In this document: one piece after another, positions 22,401 through 28,862 of the stretch
Layout: each line of letters begins with the position of its first letter
How positions within the stretch are numbered: the stretch's first letter is position 1
Position numbers and translations under genes: made by a program
The notes under the pieces: model-generated
Seen by the model: only the letters and a program-made list of their open reading frames with translations
Database searches by the model: none
What the model was told of the DNA's origin: nothing
Assembly (NCBI RefSeq): GCF_000143415.4
Contig: NW_003314271.1
Span: forward strand, 1,167,955 to 1,196,816
From: Selaginella moellendorffii
Taxonomy: Eukaryota > Plantae > Lycopodiophyta
DNA: 28,862 bases
Reading direction: 5' to 3'

Positions 22401-23117
22401 GTGATGGGCATATAAAGGCCCATAAGTGGCAACGGTAATCCCAGTGTGTAGGATTACAAGGTGAGTATACCCAAATTGAGGAACCACTCCCTAAGCTGTC
22501 GGGTAGGTTCATACCAAGGCATGGTAGAAAGTGCAAAGCTATCTTCTTAGTTTGGAGGAGAATGACAAAAGGAAATGTATGAGGCCAAAAGGCAAGTAGT
22601 AAAGGGATAAAACTGAACCATAAGAATTGACAAGCATGACCAAGAATGGCAAAGAAAAGAGCCATGGGAATCATGGGATAGAAGCCAAATGGCAAAGTTA
22701 GTCCAAGAACACTAATGTGTTGGACGCTAACAGATTATGCGAAGGCAATGTGTTTCCAAGGATAAATTCCCAATTGCTCCGATTTGGCGAAGGTGGAAGC
22801 TCCAAGGGATGGAGTGGTAAAGTAGCCAAATGGTAGGGCCATGGACAACCCTAGCACGAATTACAATAACTGGAACTTAGTGCCAAGGGTGGCACGATAT
22901 CGAAGAGAGGATGATGGTGCCCTTAAATAAAGAACTTCCTAGGACGGGAAGTGGAGTTGCACTATGTGCAACGTAAGGTGTCGAAGACACCTAGGAAATT
23001 GACTCTGAGAAGTCAAAATTAAAAGTTCCAAAGTGCAAAAGTTATGTTGATGGAATCTGAGACTACTCGAGAATGAGTAGTGGAATTGAGTTAGAGAAGG
23101 GGTCTCTAACGGGTTTA
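19481..23117 (+). mobile_element. LARD-like LTR element with no recognisable coding sequence, copy A (5' LTR 19481-20804, PBS, internal region), interrupted by copy B
   Basis: TGTGAG...CTTACA LTR; PBS TAGTATCGGAGC at 20808-20819; internal region collinear with 24844-28660 but lacking ~26700-28180; no gag/pol motifs seen. Confidence 0.85.
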
Positions 23118-23347
23118 TGTGAGACACAAAATCCCTAGGCCCCAAAGTGGAGCCGGAAGGGCGCCACGTGGTAGTGGCCGAAGCGAGAGCCAAATGAGCG
23201 TAACACGTTTGGACCAAAAGCTCCGACTTGAAAAGTCAAGAGCGGGAGTGGAACTCCCAAAGAAGTGCTCGAGGAATGAGCACGAAGCGAGCCATAGGCA
23301 AGGCTCCAAAAAGGGACCCAAAACGGACCAATATATGACACGTGGAA

Positions 23348-23840
23348 GAGTCCGAGATGGAGTTTGAGATGGACTCCGAGATGGACCCGAGATGGAGTCC
23401 GAGATGGAGTCCGAGATGGAGTCCAAGATGGAGTCCGAGGTGGAGTCCGAGACGGAGTCCAAGGTGGACCCGAGATGGACCCGAGATGGAGTCCGAGATG
23501 GAGTCCGAGATGGACCCGAGATGGAGTCCGAGATGGACCCGAGATGGGCACGAGATGGAGTCCGAGATGGAGTCCGAGATGGACCCGAGATGGGCACAAG
23601 ATGGAGTCCGAGATGGAGTCCGAGATGGACCCGAGATGGAGTCCGAAGTCGAGACCGAGACCAAGACCGAGACCGGGGCCGAGACCGAGACCGAGATCGG
23701 GACCGAGACCGAGACCGAGGCCGAGGCCGAGACCGAGCCCGAGCCCGAGTCCGAGTCCGAGTCTGAGTCCGAGTCCAAGTCCGAGTCCGAGTCTGAGTCC
23801 GAGTCCAAGTCCGAGTCCGAGTCCGAGTTCGAGTCTGAGA
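23348..23840 (+). repeat. Compound hexamer array in U3: (GAGATG-GAGTCC/GACCC)n, then (GAGACC)n, then (GAGTCC)n
   Basis: Directly visible, ~490 bp; it produces stop-free frames on both strands. Confidence 0.95.
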
Positions 23841-23906
23841 GGGTGAAAGCCCAAAGCATTCGTCTCCCAGACCCTGGGGGGTGAGCTCCAAAAGTATAGT
23901 AGGGGG
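23841..23906 (+). promoter_or_regulatory. Putative LTR core promoter (GGGTGAAAGCCCAAAG, G-run, TCCAAAAGTATAGTAGGG)
   Basis: The same motif order recurs in otherwise dissimilar LTRs at ~11400-11471 (minus) and 13660-13738, and in part at 16595-16620, 19157-19175 and 19815-19895. Confidence 0.55.
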
Positions 23907-24831
23907 AGGACTGCAGTGGAGCCAGTTTGGCCAGGAAAGGCCAGTTTGGCCCAGGAAGGTCAGACCCAGTGTTGGGTGATGAGCTGCCCACTGGGAAGTC
24001 CAAGACTAGAGTGAACACGGACCGACAAGCGGGGTAGCTTGGTGAAGTGTTCAAGAGCCGGCTCTAGTTCCCCCGGGAGATCGACTGGCCGATGCTCCCA
24101 GTCCAAGTGTGGGTGGCACTACCTACTTGGATACCTGTCGTGGCTCAACGGAACCTCGCTCTAAGCCCATGGCTAGAGCACCTAAAGGCGAAAGGCGGGA
24201 GAGTACCCATGAGGCTCGCGTAAGGCTACGGTGTTCCGAAATGTTGTCCCAAAGGCCCAGACTGTGGAAAGGAAGAGGAGCAGTCCTCTGGGGCAGTGAC
24301 CAAGGATGCAGTCGTGTGGTGAGGAAGTCCCAGAGGACCTTGGGACTTAGTGGTCGGGCCTGTGGGCCTCGATCCAGTGGCGGTGTTGGCAAACACGGCC
24401 AAGGGCAGAAAGGGACTTAGTGGGGACCGGAACAGAGATATCGGGGAAGGCTATTCCCCACGTCTGTAGGCATCCTAAGGATGTTAAGGAGTGGATCTGG
24501 GATGATCACTCATGGACGGATGACCCAGTCTTTGAGAGACGGGATTGGAATGCAGGTGGTGTTGGACCACCAGTGTGACCAAGGTAAATGGGCATGGCCT
24601 TAGCGTAACGGGCCGATACGTCGGTGGTACCTTGGGGTGTCGATCATGGGATCGGACACGTGGAGCACTTAGACCAAGTGCTAAGGTTGGGTGGCATGGA
24701 TGCTATTCTCAGGGCTAGCAAGCCCCAAGTCCTGAGTTGGACTTATGGAGGTTGTGAATGAGACTCCTCTAAGTGGTTGGAGGTGTGGTTAAGTGACTAA
24801 AGTAGAATGGAAAAATTTGTCGCTTACAACT

Positions 24832-24843
24832 TGGTATCGGAGC
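24832..24843 (+). promoter_or_regulatory. tRNA-iMet primer binding site
   Basis: TGGTATCGGAGC, 3 nt after the LTR end; complementary to the iMet tRNA 3' end GCUCUGAUACCA with one G-U pair. Confidence 0.88.
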
Positions 24844-27258
24844 TATTCCTTAGTCCGACTTTTATTGGTGCTCAAGTATATCACCACTAGTGTTGGCATC
24901 GGAAGGTCCGAGGAGTGGGCCTATCTTTGAGGAGTAGCAAGTCAGGAAGACATGACTCTCCATTACAGTTCATGTGTGAACTTGTAGACGAGGTGGTGGA
25001 TAGAAAAGGGCCAATAATGGAACGACTTTGGGATCTTGGGAACAGTGCAAGGTTTTCCTCATTGAGTTGAGGATGTGATCCGGATGAGCATTTGTCTCAG
25101 CAAATTGGCTAAGGTAGTTGTGGTAAACAACTATAGTTGGGATCACGGGAAAGATAGAGACTCCAAAACAATAAAGGAGTCACAAGATTATCCTCGTATA
25201 GTTGAGGTTGGTGCTCATGAATGTGAGACCAGAGGTAATGACCGTGGGAGGTCAAATACGGAAGAGGACTCAAGTCCTTGAAATGGTAGCCGGGGCTACC
25301 TTTAATAAATGCTGGAACAACCTGAGGAGTTCGGGGGTGTACTTAGAGATGAGTTGGTATTCTCATCACATGGACAAGTAGTCCTAAGGGGCAAAGGTTG
25401 CCCATAGAGAACAAAATCAAGTGTCAGAGTAACACTTGTGAAAATAGTCCTTTTGAGTAGGACAGGAATGCAAGAAGTGTATTCCAGTGAGCTAGTGCCT
25501 CACAAGTAGGACCTTACGGGTCTATGGATTAACCAAGTCCAAAATTGCTGGATGACTCAAGTAGAGTCAAGGGATGGTCCTAAAAGGACTGATGGAAGCA
25601 TTTGGATTGAGGTGTGTTATACCCCACAAAGGATGGGGGGGGATCATAGGATCCAAGGATGAGAACAAAGGGTATCTCATCGATGGCAAAATGTGCCATG
25701 CTAAAGTCGTGGGAAAGGTGTTCCCAAAAAGAAAACAACTTTGACACAAAGTTGTGTGTGACCTCTATGATGCAGTGCTAACAGATGGTTGGCATGAGAA
25801 AGAGTGGTATTGGTCTTGGCAAAGACTTAGACACAAAGAAGAAGTGTCATAGAGGTAGGCTCGTGGAGCCGATGGTGTGGGGACACCGAAGGTGCCAAGG
25901 TATGATACCTTGAGGCTATGTTGGTGGGTTCATGAGAACCCCTTGCCAAAGGAATCCCAATAGAAATGAGAATGGCATAGCCTAAGCTGCAGAGCATGCA
26001 GTTGGAGTGTGGTGACCCAGATAATGATGGAGGTGTGGAAGCACCAGCAATGAGTTGTAGGACTTGACAACTACGAGGCAACTAAGCAAGAGGTGCAAAA
26101 TAATTGGTTAAACGGGTAGAAGGTAGCTACCCAAGCCTTCTTAATGGCATAGGGAAGTTGGATATACCCTTACGGGGGATAAGTTGCTTACAGTTGCAAT
26201 ATAGTAAGTCAATGTCGTAAACGGGAATGCTCATTATCAGGAGGCCATCATTAAGACACCCAAACACTCTAGAACACCAGAAGGTGGTGTTTCATGTCAC
26301 AAGGGCAATAGATAAGGCCCAAAGGACTAAGTCCCTAGCGAATGAGGGATAGTAGGTGCTATCCAAATGTCCGAGGTTGTGGAGACAAGAGAAGACTGTC
26401 TACCCGAATTGGACAAAGCCAAAAATGGAATTTTGGCAAGGCTAGTGGTGGGCATGTAAAGGCCCATAAACAACAACGTTAATCCCGATATGTGGGATTA
26501 TAAGGTGAGCATGCCCAAGATTGAGGAACCACTCCATATGCTATCGGGTAGGTTCATCCCTAAGAATACTTGCTAAGGCATAGTAAAATGTGCAAAGCTA
26601 TCCTCCTAGTCTGGAGGAGAATAACCAAAGGAAACATAGGGGGCCAAAAGGCAAGTAGTATTGGGATGGAACTGAACCATAGAAATCAAAGGGCATATCC
26701 CACAGTGGTTATGCAAGTTGGGAGTGGAGAATCAAGAGGGTGCTTGAGGATGTTGTTGCTAGCAACCGTGATGCCATGGAGAGTCTAAAATATGGAATTG
26801 TCCATGTTAGACTATATGGCAACTATAAAGCTTGCGAAAAGGGAGGCCTTAGCAAGCTGAGGGACAGAGTTCCTTCAAGGTTCCCAAAGATGATTCTAGG
26901 TAGCTTAGTACCTAGAAAGGCCAAGTGTAAATGGTTCATGGAACGCGCGAAATTAGAGTGGCGCAGCAGAAGCGTGGTCTTGAAGCTTGCCATGAGGCAA
27001 GGCTATCAAGGTTAGGGAAGTAGTTCCCGAGTGTTCAAAGAGATAGCTTTGAATGAAAGTCAATGGTCAAGGACTTTCACGCTTATGCAGGAACCATGTT
27101 ACAGTGGTCGGAGGACTTGCCAAGCGAGATTGGCACGTCGGGGGAACAAATACCCTAATTGAAGGTGATAACTTCAAAAAGGGTGGGCCATGGGGCCGAG
27201 CATGGAGGAGTCCATGCATGATCACAGACATGTCAAGTGAGAGGACTTGGCAGTGCGG

Positions 27259-27834
27259 AGGAACTAGGTTCCTAAGCTGTGATCTGTAGCGCGCTTTAAA
27301 TATAGGTTGGTGCACCGGCGTGGGGAGTCACGCCAGGCATCTTGTGTGATGCCGTCCGTAGATGCATATACGGAGGTTGGGTTCGAGTCCCGACCCTCTA
27401 GTGCTTGGGTTCGAGTCCCAAATCACTAGGGCGTGGTGATGGTTTGGAATATGAGGACACTCATATTTCGGTGGTCATGGACTCTCAGTGGGGAGACTGG
27501 TTTGGGCACACCGCCAAGCGAGGGATGCCTCGGAGTCGTGATGCACGGTTAGATTGCTTAGTGTGAAAGTTTGGCATATCTAACTTGAACGCTTTGGTGC
27601 AAGTGGCACCAAGGACGTGGTGAGTGAGATGGGGACACCTAATCTCAGTTGCTATGGACCCTTGGCCGGAAGGGCTGGCTTGGGCGCACCGCCAAGTGTG
27701 GGGGATGCCCCCGGGGTCGTAGTTAACAAGTTAAAGGTCTGGAAAACCTAGTACCTATTGGCAAACCTGTTAAGGTGCCGAGGTGAGATCACTAGGTGAT
27801 CTTGTGGCTAAATAAGGACAAGGTCCTTGTTTGG
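27259..27834 (+). ncRNA. Candidate highly structured cis-acting RNA domain within the LARD-like element
   Basis: More than 15 adjacent stem-loops readable by eye, two GGGTTCGAGTCCC T-arm mimics and a duplicated four-way junction with compensatory substitutions. Confidence 0.55.
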
Positions 27835-28750
27835 GTTAAGGAATAAGGTTCCTAGTTCAAAGTGTTGATTTGAACTATTGATGATGGTGTAACTTGGTCA
27901 AGGTCACCAAGTGGGAAAAGCACCTTAGGGAAATGAGCTATGTCATTGCGATGGCATAGTGTGTCCAAGGAAAGTAGTCTCTAAAGAGACCCATGGGAGG
28001 GTCACAAAGTTGGGCCGTGGATAGAGCCCATAGCAGAAGGTGCTAAAAGAGACTTACTACGGGTGAACACCCTAGTCTTGGCAAAGCCGAGCCTTTGCTA
28101 TGGAATCAAAAGAATACCTCAAGGAGGGAGGTAGAGATTCGATGTTGCTTAGTGCAACAATCAACGGATAGGAGCAAAAGATGAGTGGCCAAGATAGGGC
28201 CGTGGAATCCCTTGGAAGGAATCCAAGTGACAAAGTTAGGCGAGGAACACTAATATGTTGGACGCTAACAAATTGTGGGAAAGGAAGTGTGTTTCCAAGG
28301 ATGGATTCCGAATTGCTCCAATTTGGCGAAAGTGGAAGCTCCAAGGGAGGGAGCGGTAAGGTAGCCAAACGATAGGGCCATGGACAGCCCTAGCACAAAG
28401 TATGATAAATGGAACTTAGTGCCCAAGGTGGCCCGAAATAGAAGAGAGGATGATGGTGCCCTCAAGTAATGAACTTCCTAGGATGGGGAAGTGGAGTTGC
28501 ACAATCTGTGCAATGCAAGGTGTTGGAGACACCTAGGAAATTGACTTCCAAAAGTCAAAAGAGTAAAAGTTCCAAGGTGCAAACGTTCAATAGATGGAAA
28601 TTGAGACTACTCGAGAAGGAGTAGTGGGATTGACTTAGAGAAGGGTCTCTAAGAGGTTTAGCGAGAACTAAACCAATAAAAGGAGAGAACCACTACATGT
28701 GGTCCAATCAGTCTCTAAGTTGGAGAGACTACCCTCCTTAGAGGATAGGC

Positions 28751-28862
28751 AAGGCATGGTGAGCCTTTGGTGTCAAACCATTGAGGAATATGCAAAAGGC
28801 ATGGTGAGCATTCAATGTCAAACCATTGACAAATATGGAGAAGGCATGGTGAGCCTTCAATG
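28751..28862 (+). repeat. 45-bp tandem repeat (at least 2.5 copies), running off the window
   Basis: AAGGCATGGTGAGC starts at 28751, 28796 and 28841. Confidence 0.9.

Larger units (their letters stand above)
23118..28862 (+). mobile_element. LARD-like LTR element with no recognisable coding sequence, copy B (5' LTR 23118-24828); runs off the window
   Basis: TGTGAG...CTTACA 1711-bp LTR; PBS at 24832; over 4 kb of internal sequence with no long ORF or retroelement protein motif. A coding region beyond the window cannot be excluded. Confidence 0.85.

Noticed and set aside
22357-22695. Hydrophobic antisense ORF (env-like?)
   Set aside because: Explained by the pyrimidine-rich reverse strand; it spans the A-specific deletion junction and is not conserved in copy B.
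23115-24054. Long overlapping ORFs (RS-, LG-, SD- and ES-rich) on both strands
   Set aside because: Artefacts of a stop-free hexamer array inside an LTR; not SR or Sdr proteins.
27301-27400. Functional tRNA gene
   Set aside because: A T-arm and A-box-like motif exist, but the acceptor stem pairs only 5 of 7, there is no canonical 7-nt anticodon loop, the arms are oversized and no oligo-T terminator follows.
28751-28862. CRISPR-like array
   Set aside because: Units are similar along their whole length with no unique spacers; eukaryotic context and no cas genes.

Overview
A eukaryotic, plant-like region of nested transposable elements with no intact host gene. Plant origin is suggested by Arabidopsis-type CCCTAAA repeats, tRNA-iMet primer binding sites (PBS) and 5S-bearing Cassandra-like repeats. 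Left of a 100-N scaffold gap (4137-4236) lies a spliced, nearly intact DDD-type DNA transposase gene (Sola/DUF7869-like). It has two N-terminal Tnp1/En-Spm-like repeats, one in-frame stop and a recurring 20-bp palindrome. Right of the gap the elements run as follows. (1) The 3' end of an LTR retrotransposon carrying two accessory ORFs, inserted into the RNase H region of (2) a minus-strand Ty3/gypsy element whose gag is split by a 665-bp TRIM. (3) Two old AT-eroded gypsy relics, carrying further LTR and TRIM insertions. (4) Two 5S-box-bearing repeats. (5) Two same-family, same-orientation LARD-like elements with no recognisable coding sequence (19481-23117 and 23118 to the window end), the second inserted into the first. 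The most notable signal is a ~580-nt run of back-to-back hairpins in the second element (27259-27834). It has two tRNA T-arm mimics, palindromic loops and a duplicated four-way junction with compensatory changes. All family assignments come from motif recognition by eye; no database search was run.
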